Assembly: GCF_963921235.1 (NCBI RefSeq)
Contig: NC_086108.1
Location: forward strand, 85,624,001-85,688,000
Origin: Mobula hypostoma
Taxonomy: Eukaryota
DNA: 64,000 nucleotides
Direction of reading: 5' to 3'
Shown here in pieces: positions 12,922 through 24,559 of the stretch. The position numbers and the translations under genes were made by a program. The number at the start of each line of letters is the position of its first letter. Within the stretch, counting starts at the first letter, position 1. Below the pieces are notes generated by a model that was not told where the DNA came from, did no database searches, and was given only the letters and a program-made list of their open reading frames with translations.

Positions 12922-14480
12922 AGACCATAAAACCATTAGTTATAGCAGCAGAATTAGGCCATTCAGCCCATTGAGTTCGTTCTTGGCTGATTTATTACCC
13001 TCTCAAAGCTATTCTCCTGCCTCTCCCTGTAACCTTTGACGCCCTTAATCAAGGACCTATCAACTTCTGCTTTAAATTTGCCCAGTGCCTAGTCTGCACA
13101 GATGTCTGTGGCAAGGAATTCCACAAATTCACCACTCTCTAGCTAAAGGACTTCCTCCTCATCTCTTCTGAAGGGACATACTTCTTTGCAGATGCCGTAC
13201 CTTCTTCTGTTCTTATTTATCTAGAATGGTTGTGAAAACTTTGGAAACTCTGCCGAGGAATTACAATTACAAAAATAGTCTAAGGTTGCTTAATTATTCT
13301 CCTTGGAGAACATGGAGGTATTTAATACCACTAGGGTTTACTAAGAATAAATACTATATGACAATAAAGTATAGGAACAGAATTACATAATTTGGCCCAG
13401 TTATGTCTCCTCCACCATTCTACCACAGCCAATTCAGGAAAAAGTCTGCACCTTTATACCTTCTACCAAAGTGCATGACAATGCACTTCTCTACCCTATA
13501 TTCCATCTGCCACCTCTTTTCTCATTTTGCCAACCTGTCCTAGTCCTTCTGTAGACTTCCAACTTCCTCAACACTACCTGCTCCTCCACCAATCTTTCTA
13601 TCATCTACAAACTTGGCCAAAGCCATTGATATATAACATGAAAAGAAGTGGTGCCAGCATCAGCCACTGTGGAAAACCAGTAGTTACTGTCAGTCAACCA
13701 GAAATAGCCACCTTTATTCTCATTCTTCACTTTCTGCCAGTCATGCTAGTATCTTTCCTGTAATACCATGGGTTCCCATCTTGTTTTGTAGCCTCATGAG
13801 CAGCAAAGGCCTTCTAAAAATCCATGTAAACAAATCCATGACTCTCATTTATCTGTCCTACTTGTTACTTCCTCAAAGAATTCCATCATATTTATCAGGC
13901 AAGATTTCCCCTGAAGGAAACTGCTCTGACTTTGACCTATTTTATCATGCACTTCCAAGAACCCTGAAGCCTTATCCTTAATAATGGGCTCTAAAATATT
14001 ATTGACATCAAGCTAACCAGCTGGGTGTTGCTTGGATTTCCAGCATCTGCAGATTTTCTCTTGTTTCGGCTTATAATTTATAGTCTTTTGCCTATCTCCC
14101 CTCTTGAAGTGTGTAGTGACATTAGCAATTTTGCAGTCTTCTGGAACTATTCCTAACTCCAGTGGTTCTTAACAGATCACTACTAATCCCTCCAATATTT
14201 CTTCAGCTCCTCTTTCAGAATACTGGAGTCTAATCCATCTGGTTCAGTTGATACATACAACTTTAGATCTTTCAGCTTCCCAAGCACCTTTTCCTTGGTA
14301 ATAGTGACTGATCACTTCTGATCTCCTGACTCTATCAAATTTCTGGCTTGCTGCTGGTGTATTCTATGGTGAAGGCTGACACAAAATTGCTTATTCATTT
14401 TGTGTCCATTTCTTTGTGCCCCACTACTGTTTCCCTAGTGTCATTTTCCAGCAGTCCAATGTTCCCTCTTGTCTCTTTGT
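12922..14480 (-). mobile_element. Degraded CR1 fragments
   Basis: CR1 3' UTR at 12922-13200. Remnants of RT motifs (DF.KAF, G.VP.DW..ANV.P) at 13370-14480. Confidence 0.6.
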
Positions 14481-14719
14481 TATTACTTCCTGTGGCTGAA
14501 AGGTTGATAGCTAGAGGGAACAAGTTTATGAGGTAATTATCAGAAGAACTGGCTAACATACGAAAATATCTTTTTAATGCAACAAGTGAAGAAAAATTAG
14601 AACTAACTACTTAATTCTTAATTAACTACTTAATGGCTGGAAGAATTAAATTCCTTAATAGTTTTCAATAATGTATTAGTTGAAGGAGTAAAATGAATCA
14701 AACCATTGCGGACAAAGTG

Positions 14720-16117
14720 TCATAGATTGAGGCCACTAGAATGCTGTGTTGAACAACTAGCGAGAGTATTCAAGGACACCTTCTATCTCTTACTGCTGCT
14801 GCAGTTGGAGATTCCCATCTGCATCAAAAGGGTGGTAGTCATTCCAGTGTCCAAGAAGAGCAGGGTGAGCTGCCTCAACAACTATCACCCAGTTGCACTC
14901 ACATCTGCTACGACAACGTGCTTTGAGAGGTTGGTCATGGCCACTCTACTCAGCCCTGGATCACCTGGAACAGCAGCAGTATCTGTGTCAGGTTTGCAGT
15001 TTATTGATTACAGCTCAGTGTTCAACACCAGCATACCCTCAGTACCAAGCAAAAAGCGACAAAAGCTGGGCTTTTTTACCTCCCTCTTCCATTGACTTCT
15101 TCATTGGAAGATCAGAGTCAGTGTGGAGTGGAAATAATATGTCCTCCTTTCTGACAATCAACACTGGTGCACCCCAAGGACGCATGCTTAGAACACTGCT
15201 TGTCTCTCTCTCTCTCTACACCGCTCTATGTGGTCGCATTGCTCAAACCCCATCTATTAATTTGCTGATGGCCCAGCTGCTGTTGGCCAAATCTCAGATG
15301 GGGTGAGGAAGTGTACAGGAGTAAGATCAGCTGGTTGAGTGGAATTGCAGCAACAACCTTGCAGACAATGTTATAAGATCAAGATCATGGACTTTAGGAA
15401 AGGGAAGCTGAGGGAACACACACCAGTTCTCATTGAGGGATCAGCAGTGGAAAGGGTGAGCAGTTTCAAGTTCCTGAGTGCCAACGTCTCTGATGATCTA
15501 TCCTGTGCCCAACATATAAGTGCAATTATAAAAAATGGCATGACAGTAGCTATATTTCATTAGGAGTTTGAGAATTGGTATGTCACCAAAGACTCTCTAA
15601 AATTTCTACAGACGTACTGTGGAGAGCATTCTAACTGGTTGCATCATTGTACGGTATGGAGGGGCCACTGCACAGGATTGGAAAAAGCTGCAGAAAGTTA
15701 TAAACTCAGTCAGCTCCATTATGGGCTCTAGCTTCCCAGGTCAAGGACACCTTCAAAAGGCGATGCCTCAGAAAGATGCCATCCATCATTAAGGACCCCT
15801 GTCACCCAGGTCATGCTATCTTCTTTTCATTACCATAGGGAGGAAGTACAGGAGCAAAAAAGGCATTCACTCAACAGTTGGTGGGAACAGTTTCGTCCCC
15901 TCCGCAATCATATTTCTGAACGAACAATAAATCAATGCATGAATACTATCCCACTACTTTTTGCTCTCTTTCTGCACTATTTATTTAACGTAATGTTAAG
16001 ATATATATATTTCTTACTGTAATTTATAGTTTTTTAATGCTTTGAACTGTACTGCTGCCGCTTAACAACAAATTTCACGACATATGCCAGAGATACTAAA
16101 TCTGATTCTGATTCTGA
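14720..16117 (+). mobile_element. Rex1/Babar LINE, 5'-truncated, with (CTGATT)n tail
   Basis: PVSKKSRVSCLNNYHPVALTS, FIDYSSVFNT, TGAPQG and VERVSSFKFL motifs; tail ctgattctgattctg. Confidence 0.85.
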
Positions 16118-16975
16118 TGCTGTTTGAAAGAGTTGTCACAGGATTGATGTGCTGAATGCCTCCTTCTCTACTGTGAATCTTTGGTTCTGTCCACAATAGG
16201 ACAGGGGGCAGGAGTGGCTGAGACTGTACTATTCAGTTAAAAAAAAAATTCTTAGAGGTTTCTAACATTTTCTTTGTGATTTAAATCAGGATCTTGTTTG
16301 CAGTTTGAATTTTAAAGATTCACACAAATGAAAGAAGCAAGATCTGAACCAGTCAAAACAAATGCATTAAATTTATTTAACTTGGGACGCCACTGATGCA
16401 ATTACATGGATTAATATATTAAATAATTCATTTATTCACACGTATTTCTTTATGAAATAGATTCCAAATCTATCAAGGATTCCTTTTGAGTGCTATGCTG
16501 CACCATATAGCCACATCAAGCATTCCAGTCAGCACAGCTTCAAACTGAGATGGAGCTGTATAGATACACTGGGCATTCAGTCAATGTAAAAGCGCTTAAT
16601 TAACATCAGTGGAAATACGAAAGTTTACTGTAGGTACTTCAGCAGTGCATGCTAATACAGCTTATCATTTTATCAGGTATATTCACAACTCCCAGCTTAT
16701 TTTCCATTAAAATAATTTGCTTCCTCTGTTCAAAATCATTTTAAAAGCAGAGAAGTTGTGTTAAGCTTTCATTGATTCTTGGTTGGTCTGCTGGGCATGG
16801 GGTTGGTCTCAATGTTCTCAAAGCATAACATAGAAAACATAGAAAACATACAGCACAATACAGGCTCTTCGGCCCACAAAGCTGTGCCGAACATGTCCCT
16901 ACCTTAGAACTACCTAGGCTTTACCAATAGCCCTCTATTTTTCCAAGCTCCATGTAGCCATCCAGGAGTCTCTTA

Positions 16976-17279
16976 CGAGGGATGATTGATAAGTTCGTGG
17001 CCTAAGGTAGAAGGATTCAATTTTAGAAAACCTAGCACATTTATTTTTCAACATAGTCCCCTCCTACATTCACACACTTAGTCCAGCGGTCGTGGAGCAT
17101 ATGGATCCCTTCTTTGTAGAAGTCGGCATCTTGGACCTCCAGAATGTGGTCCACAGCAGGGGTGATTGATAAGTTCGTGGCCTAAAGTAGAAGGAGATGA
17201 GTTATTAACTTCAAACTTTCTGCATAATCACTCAAAGAGTTGAACCGCAGGTGCATGTAACGAGAGCTGTATAGCTCAT
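16976..17279 (+). mobile_element. Mariner-type MITE, right end deleted
   Basis: TA|CGAGGGATGATTGATAAGTTCGTGGCCTAAGGTAGAAGGA terminus. The same motif recurs as an internal direct repeat at ~17158-17196. Confidence 0.65.
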
Positions 17280-17726
17280 CCTATCAATGTCCCATTGTAA
17301 CCTCTGACAGCCCTCCACATTATCCACAACACCTCCAACCTTTGTGTCATCAGCAAATGTACTAACCCATCCCTCCACTTCCTCATCCAGGACATTTACA
17401 AAAAAAAACACAAAGAGTAGGAGTCCCAGAAAAGATCCCTGAGGCACACCACTGGTCACCGACTTCCATGCAGAATATGACCCGTCTACAACCACTCTTT
17501 TCCTTCTGTGGGCAAGCCAGTTCTGGATCCATAAAGCAATGTCCCCTTGGATCCCATGCCTCCCTACTTTCTTAGTAAGCCTTGCATGGGGTACCTTATC
17601 AAATGCCTTGCTAAAATCCGTATACACTACATCTACGGCTCTACCTTCATCAATGTTCTTAGTCACATCCTCAAAAAATTCAGTCAGGTTCATAAGGCAT
17701 GACCTGCCTTTCACAAAGCCATGCTA

Positions 17727-17852
17727 ACTTTATTTTATTGTCGCCAAACAATTGATACTAGAGCGTACAATCATCACAGCGATATTTGATTCTGCACTTC
17801 GCGCTCCCTGGATTACAATTCGATAGTAAATATTAAAAATTTAATATTTAAC
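17727..17852 (-). mobile_element. Short Rex1 3' tail inserted in CR1
   Basis: Matches 46652-46731 (tttattgtcgccaaacaattgatactag...gctccctgg), the 3' end of the Rex1 at 46652-47985. Confidence 0.75.
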
Positions 17853-19140
17853 TTTTCCTAATCATATTATGCCTCTCCAAATGTTCATAAATCCTGCCTC
17901 TCAGGATCTTCTTCATCAACTTACCAACCACTGAAGTAAGACTCACTGGCCTATAATTTCCTGGGATATCCCTGCTCCCTTTCTTGAATAAGGGAACAAC
18001 ATCCGCAAACCCCTCAAATACTCTGGAACCTCTCCCGTCCTCATTGATGATGCAAAGATCATTGCCAGAGGCTCAGCAATCTCCTCCCTCGCTTCCCACA
18101 GTAGTCTGGGGTACGTCCTGTCCGGTCCCGGTGACTTATCCAACTTGATGCTTTCCAAAATCTCCAGCACATCCTCTTACTTAATATCAAGCTTTTCAGT
18201 CCACTGCAAGTCATCCCTACCATTGCCAAGATCCTTTTCTATGGTGAATACTGAAGCAAAGTATTCATTAAGTACCTCTGCTATTTCCTCCGGTTCCATA
18301 CACACTTTTCCATTGGTCCTATTCTCTCATGTCTTATCCTATTGCTCTTCACATACTTGTAGAATGTCTTGGGATTTTCCTTAATCCTGTCCACCAAGGC
18401 CTTCTCATGGTCCCTTCTGGCTCTCCTAATTTCATTCTTAAGCTCTTTCCTGCTAGCCTTATAATCTTCTAGGTTCATATCATTACCTAGTTTTTTGAAC
18501 CTTTCGTAAGCTCTTCTTTTCTTCTTGACTAGCTTTACAACAGCCTTTGTGCACCACGGATCTTGTACCCTACCATTCTTTCCATGTCTCATTGGAACCC
18601 CACGCAAATATCCCCTGAATATTTGCCACATTTCTTCGGTACGTTTCCCTGAGAACATCGGTTTCCAATTTATGCTTCCAAGTTCCGGCCTGATAGCCTT
18701 ATAGTTCCCCTTACTCCAATTAAACGTTTCCCTAATTTGTCTGTTTCTATCCCTCTCCAATGTTATGGTAAAGGAGATAGAATTGTGATCCCTATCTCCA
18801 AAATGCTCTCCCACTGAAAGACCTGACACTGACCTGGTGCATTTCCCAATACCAGATCAAGTACAGTCTCTCTTCTTGTAGTCTTATCTATATGTTGTGT
18901 CAAGAAACCTTCCTGAACACACGTAACAAACTCCACCCAATCTAAACCCCTCACTCTAGGAAGATGCCAATCAGTATTTGGGAAATTAAAATCTCCCACC
19001 ACAACAACCCTGTTATTATTACTCCTTTCCAGAGCTTTTGCCTGGGCTTGAAATCATTCTCAAGAGAGGCTAAGGTTCTAAACTCTAGAAGTATGAAGAC
19101 AAAGAGGGGAGATTTGATGTGAGACTTTAAAGTTAATAAA

Positions 19141-19391
19141 ATTATGCTGCTTTGTAACTTCAAAACATTAAAATAATTCAAAGGAAGACACAGGGAGTCC
19201 AGAAATATGGGTGTAACTCCTAGTTTACTTTAAGTGTGGCGCTCATGTAACATGTGGTAGCATGATGACATATGCAATTAACTTAATTATATCTATAAAA
19301 CTTGTAATTATTTGTTTAAACAAACAAGAATGCTTAATCAAACATATTTATAAGATTACTCAAATATAACTAAAATATTCAATACACAACA
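19141..19391 (-). repeat. 3' LTR of Gypsy element A
   Basis: Direct repeat of 22731-22939 joined to 24560-24604; adjacent PPT. Confidence 0.85.
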
Positions 19392-19689
19392 CTCCTCCCC
19401 GCTTTTAGAGTATATAAACTTCAACTCAACAGAGAATGCATCTCACCTATATACACCGTATGTTACATAATACAACTACGACTCACAGACATCCAAACTT
19501 TAAATTGTCCCATTCAGGCCTAAAGAATTAATTGCTGTGGAGGATTTCTTACTCTTGTGGGGTACTGTCTTTCCTGTTGGCTTTTGAGACTTCTGGAGGT
19601 GAAATCAATCTCAGGTTCTGGGGCCTCTGCTATGGTAATTGTAGGAGTCGACTCTGAGACTGTACTCTGGTTCTGACAGCTCTGGACAC

Positions 19690-21260
19690 CTTACTTCCCT
19701 TTTCTTTCTCTGGATCTACCTCAACCCCTTCCTTTTTCTTTATTAGGTTCCTTCCCTCTTTTACATACACTCATTTCATTCACATTCTTTCTCTCCAACT
19801 CTTCCCTTGCTTTTCTTCTTCTAGTTTGTGCATCTTGATTTCGGGAAGGTCCATTTAGTTCACTGGAGTATTCTCTTATTAATCTTTTTATTGCTCCCTT
19901 TACGATCTGATCTCTCCTCTTGGTTTCCTCATCCACAACATCATCTGACGAATCCTTAATTTTTGTATCTCCATTAACTTGTTTCTTTTTGGCCTTCCAT
20001 TCATCCATCTGGGCTTTGGTCTTTGCATTTAATTTTTACAAGCAGCATTTTTTCTTCCACTTGAAATTCATGAAATAACCTTAATGCACGTACAGTAGAT
20101 TCTGGTTCTTTATACTCACAAAAGCTGAATGTTTGCCTGAAGCTCCTTGAACTCTTTTCCAGCTTAAAACCAAGGCAAGCTTTCTTAGATACGTTGCCTC
20201 CAAAAACTGTGTGGTTAGGTATAGCTCAAATGCCATCTATGAGTTTGCCAATGATACAACCATTGCTGGTAGAATCTCAGATGGAGATGAGTGGGCGTAC
20301 AGGAGTGAGATATACCAGCTAGTTGAGTGGTGTCACAGCAACAACCTTGCACTCAATATAATTAAGGCAAAAGTGCTGATTGTAGACTTCAGGAAGAGTA
20401 AGACCAGGGAACATGAACCAATCCTCATAGAGGGATCAGATGTGCAGAGAGTGAGCAATTTCAAGTTCCTGATGTCAAAATCTCTGAGGATCTAACCTGG
20501 TCCCAACATGAATAAAGATCTAATCTGGTCCCAACAGCTATAAAGAAGACAAAACAGTGACTGTATTTCATTAGGAATTTGAAGAGATTTGGTTTGTCAC
20601 CTAAAACACTTGAAAACTTCTATAGATGTACTGTGGAGAGCATTCTGACAGGCCGTATTGTTGTCTGGTATGTGGTGGCTACTGCACAGGACCTAAAGAA
20701 GCTGCAGACAGTTGTAAAATTAGCCAGCTCCATCTTGGGTACTATCTTGTGTAGTATCCAAGACATTTTCAAGGAGCAGTAATTCAGAAAGGCAGCGTCC
20801 ATTATTAAGGACCCCCCATCATTCTGGCCATGCCCTCTTCTCACTGTTACCCTCAGAAAGGAGGTACAGAAACCTGAAGACACACACTCAGCGATTCAGG
20901 AACAGCTTCTTCCCCTCTGCCATCTGATTCGTAAATGGACATTGAATCCATAAACACTACCTCACTTTTTTTTACATTATTTCTGTTTTGCATTATTTTT
21001 AATCTAACCATTTAATATACATTTTTTACTTACTGTAATTGGTTTGCTTACTTTTTTTATTTCTATATTGTCATGTATTGCATTGTACTAAGTTAACAAA
21101 TTTCACGAGGCGTGCCGATAATAATATACACTGATTCTGATTCTGATTCTGTTGTAGGGGGACCACTGCTTTTGTCACTTTCTCATTTCCTCTGAGCAGC
21201 ATGGTCCTGCCTTGGTCCAATATGCTTTCCAACTGGAGGCATGGATGTTGACACCAACAC
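19690..21260 (-). pseudogene. RBM25: Processed (intron-less) RBM25 fragment: N-terminal region, RRM and start of the RE-rich region; split by Rex1 at 20207-21151
   Basis: Minus strand reads VLVSTSMPPVGKHIGPRQDH..SSGPPTT|VFGGNVSKKA..LVLSWKRVQGASGK..FCEYKEPESTVRALRLFHEFQVEEKMLLVK..AKTKAQMDEWKAKKK..DEETKRRDQIVKGAIKRLIREYSSELNGPS. This matches recalled human RBM25 (VGKHLGARKDH..GPTTTVFVGNISEKAS..LVLSWKRVQGASGKLQAFGFCEYKEPESTLRALRLLHDLQIGEKKLLVKVDAKTKAQLDEWKAKKK..DEETKRRDQMIKGAIEVLIREYSSELNAPS). Contains stops, frameshifts and deletions. Confidence 0.93.
20207..21151 (+). mobile_element. Rex1/Babar LINE 3' part inserted in the RBM25 retrocopy
   Basis: FANDTTI, LALNIIK, VSNFKFL and FYRCTVESILT motifs; (CTGATT)n tail. 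The RBM25 reading frame rejoins across it. Confidence 0.9.
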
Positions 21261-22719
21261 CTGTTTGTCCTTTATGTGTCAATGATTCATCGTGTTCAGC
21301 ATGAGACAGTTGTGGCATCATCCAGAAGCTTTCTTCACTCATTTAGAGTGGGTTTCATTGCAGGGATGTGGCATGCAAGTGTAGAATAGACCCCAAACAA
21401 GTTATACTTGTCTCAGCCAATCACACCCCCACAATGCTGATCCTTCTGATTTTACCACATACAAGCTTTATGAGGCCTGTTGGTGGTTGTACTTCACTGG
21501 CACAGTTACCATTCCCATAGGTGTTATCTTTTCTCCAGTATAAATTCTTTGTTGGCTATCTACAGGCTTCAGTTTAGTATCTTTGAAATATACCTCAAAT
21601 TCATATTGTGGAATGACTGAAACAGCTGAACCAGTGTCTAATCCCATTTTAATTAATTTGCCTTTCACGTCTGGTGTAAGCCATATTGCTTCTCTATTGC
21701 TAATTTTCACACTGTAGATCTCAAGGTTACACAATCCTGTGTCTTCTCAATATTATAATATTTTTCATCAACAGCATACAGGTCAGTGCTCTTGTTGAAA
21801 CTGCAACTTGACTTTTTAGCTTTTTCTCATCCCAGAGCAGTCCACTTATTTTTGTCTGCCTGGTATACTCTTTGTACGTGTCCTATGTTGTTGCATTTTC
21901 GGCAATATCCACCTTTAAACCTGCTTTGGTTGGTGTAAGTGAGCCCCTGTCACTCCAGTAAGACAATTTGTTCAGCAAGGCCAGTTTCTGTTTAGTGATG
22001 CAATTTTGTTTTCACTCACTCTCATTCCTGACTGCAACTCAATTGCATCTCTGTCTGCGGTTTCCAGTGAAACAGCGATTCCCACTGTTTCTATGAATGG
22101 AAGCTGTGCTTCAGTTAGCAGCTGTTTTTGAGTACTTTCTCTTAAGATTCCACGAGCTGAATGATCTCTCAGTGTATCATTAAACCCATTACTGAGCTGA
22201 CTCAGATAATCTCTTCAATTTCGCCACATATTCTGAAATAGATTTTTGATTCCGCTTATGAATGCGAAAGCACTGAAAACCAGTGACTTTGCTTCTAAGC
22301 GTTCCTGCATCAATAGCAGCAAAAGAAATTTCTGATGGTTTGCTGGAGCAGTCAAACTTTGAAGCAAACTGTATGCCTTTAAACCTAAAGAACTCAACAA
22401 AATTGGCTCTCGCTTCTCATTGGCTATTTCATTTGCTTCAATATACTGTTCCAATAGCTCAGCATACACGAGCCCATTACCCGTTGTGTAATAAAACTTG
22501 TCAACGTAGCCAGTCATTGCTGCTTTTTTTTGAAAATGATTATTATCGCCTGGTACTCCCTCTTTCTGAACCCTGAAATCTTCCATTTACAGCATTTTTT
22601 TAAAAACTCGATCCTGTCTTCCCTTCCAAAGCCTTGTGCTGCTCTATTTCAACGTTGCTCTTGCTGTGTTTTATATTATTTTGAACGTCTTGCCACAATA
22701 GGTTGATAGCCATGTCACA

Positions 22720-22729
22720 TTCGTCACCA
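22720..22729 (-). promoter_or_regulatory. Primer-binding site, tRNA-Ser(GCU)-like (degenerate)
   Basis: TGGTGACGAA immediately inside the 5' LTR; compare TGGCGACGAG at 60857-60866. Confidence 0.65.
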
Positions 22730-22939
22730 ATATTATGTTTTGTAACTTTGAAACATGAAACCAATTCAAAGGAGGAGCTGGGGAGTCCAGAAATATGGGT
22801 GTAACTTCAAGTTTACTTTAAGCAAGGTGTGCACGTAACATGTGGTAGTATGATGACGTATATGCAATTAATGTATTTGTACATATAATCTATAATTAAT
22901 TATTTAAACAAACAAGAATGCTGCATCAAACAAAATATA

Positions 22940-24559
22940 CAGTGCTTATAAAAAGTACTCACCCCCTTTGGAAGTCGTCATGTTTTATTGTTTTACAACA
23001 TTGAATCACAGTGGATTTAATTTGGCTTTTATTGGCACTCATCAACAGAAAAAGACTCTTTCATGTCAAAGTGAAAGTAGATCTCTGCAAAGAGATCTAA
23101 ATTAATTACAAATATAAAACATAGAATAACTGATTGCATAAGTATTCACTCCCTTCAAGTCGGTATTTAGTAAATGGAGCTTTGGCATCAATTACAGCCT
23201 TCAATCCGTGTGGATAGCCCTCCATCAGCTTTGCACATCTGGACACAGCAATTTTTGTCATTCTTCTTTACAAAACTGCTCAAGCTCTCTCAGATTGCAT
23301 GGGGATTGTGAGTGAACAGTCCTTTTCAAGTCCAGCCACAAATTCTCAATTGGACTGAGGTTTGAACTCTGACTTGGCCACTCCAGGACATTAATTTTGT
23401 TGCTTTTTAGCTATTCCTGTGTAGCTTTGGCTTTACGCTTGGGGTCATTGTCTTGCTGAAAAACAAATCTTCTTCAAGTTGCAGTTCTCTTGCAGATTGC
23501 ATCAGGTTTTCCTTTGGGATTTCCCTGTATTTTGCTGCATTCATCTCACTGTCTACCTTCACCAGCTTTCCAGGGCCTGCTATAATGAAGCATCCCAACA
23601 GCATGATGCATCCACCACCATCCTTCATGGTAGGGATGGTGTGTTTTTGAAGACAATCATAACGTTTAGTCTGATGACCAAAAAGCTCAATTTTGGTTTC
23701 CGCAGACCTTAGAACCTTCTTCCATTTGACTTCAGAGTTTCCCACATGCCTTCTGGTAAACTCTAGCTGAGATTTCATGTGAGATTTTTTTCAACAGTGG
23801 CTTTCTCTTTGCCACTCTTCCATAAAGCTGCGACTGGTGAAGTGTATGGGCAACAGTTGTCTTTCCCATCTCAGCCACTGAAGCTTGTAACTCCTCCAGA
23901 GTTGTCATCGGTCTCTTGGTGGCCTCCTTCACTCATCCCCTTCTGGCACAGTCACTCAGTTTTTGAGGATGGCCTGCTCAGGGCAGATTTACAGTTGTGC
24001 CATTTTCTTTCCATTTCTTGATGATTGACTTAACTGTACTCCAAGGGATATTCAGTGACTTGGAAATGTTCTTGTATCCATCTCCTGACTTGGGCTTTTC
24101 AATAACCTTTTTGTGGAGTTGCTTGGAGTATTCTTTTGTCTTCCTGGTGTAGTTTTAGCCAGGATACTGACTCACCAGCAGTTGGCCCTTTCAGATGCAG
24201 GTGTATTTTTACTACCATCAATTGAAAAAACCTTGAATGCTCACGGTGATCTCCATTTAATTAACTATGTGACTCCTAAGACCAATTGGCTGCACCAGTT
24301 ATGGTTTGGTATGTCATATTAAAGGGGGTGAATACTTATGCAATCAATTATTTTGTGCCTTTTGATATTTGTAATTAATTTAGATCACTCTGTAGACATT
24401 TGTTTTCACTTTGACTTGAATGTTTTTTTTTGGTGATCCATGTCAATAAAAAAGCAGAATTAAATTCACGATGATTCAATGTTGTAAAACAATAAAACTT
24501 GAAAACTTCCGGGGGGGGGGCGGGGGTGATGGTGCGGTGAATACTTTTTGTAGGAACTG
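22940..24559 (-). mobile_element. Full-length degraded Tc1 transposon (IR/DR type) inserted in the Gypsy 5' LTR
   Basis: TA|CAGTGC...AACTG|TA ends. ~215-240-bp TIRs with inner direct-repeat motif (ttgcataagtattcac). Transposase motifs WKKVLRSAETKIELFG and GGGCIMLLGCF in ORFs 23732-23932 and 23407-23778. Confidence 0.9.

Larger units (their letters stand above)
16826..19030 (-). mobile_element. CR1 LINE ORF2 (endonuclease end, RT) and 3' tail
   Basis: GDFNFP, GDRDHN, KSPGPD, DFSKAFDKVPH, SGVPQGS and FADDTK motifs in ORFs 18763-19002, 18281-18829, 17943-18170 and 17232-17714. Confidence 0.9.

Noticed and set aside
19690..21260. RBM25 segment as exons of the functional gene
   Set aside because: It has stops, frameshifts and deletions, lacks introns, and sits inside an LTR element.
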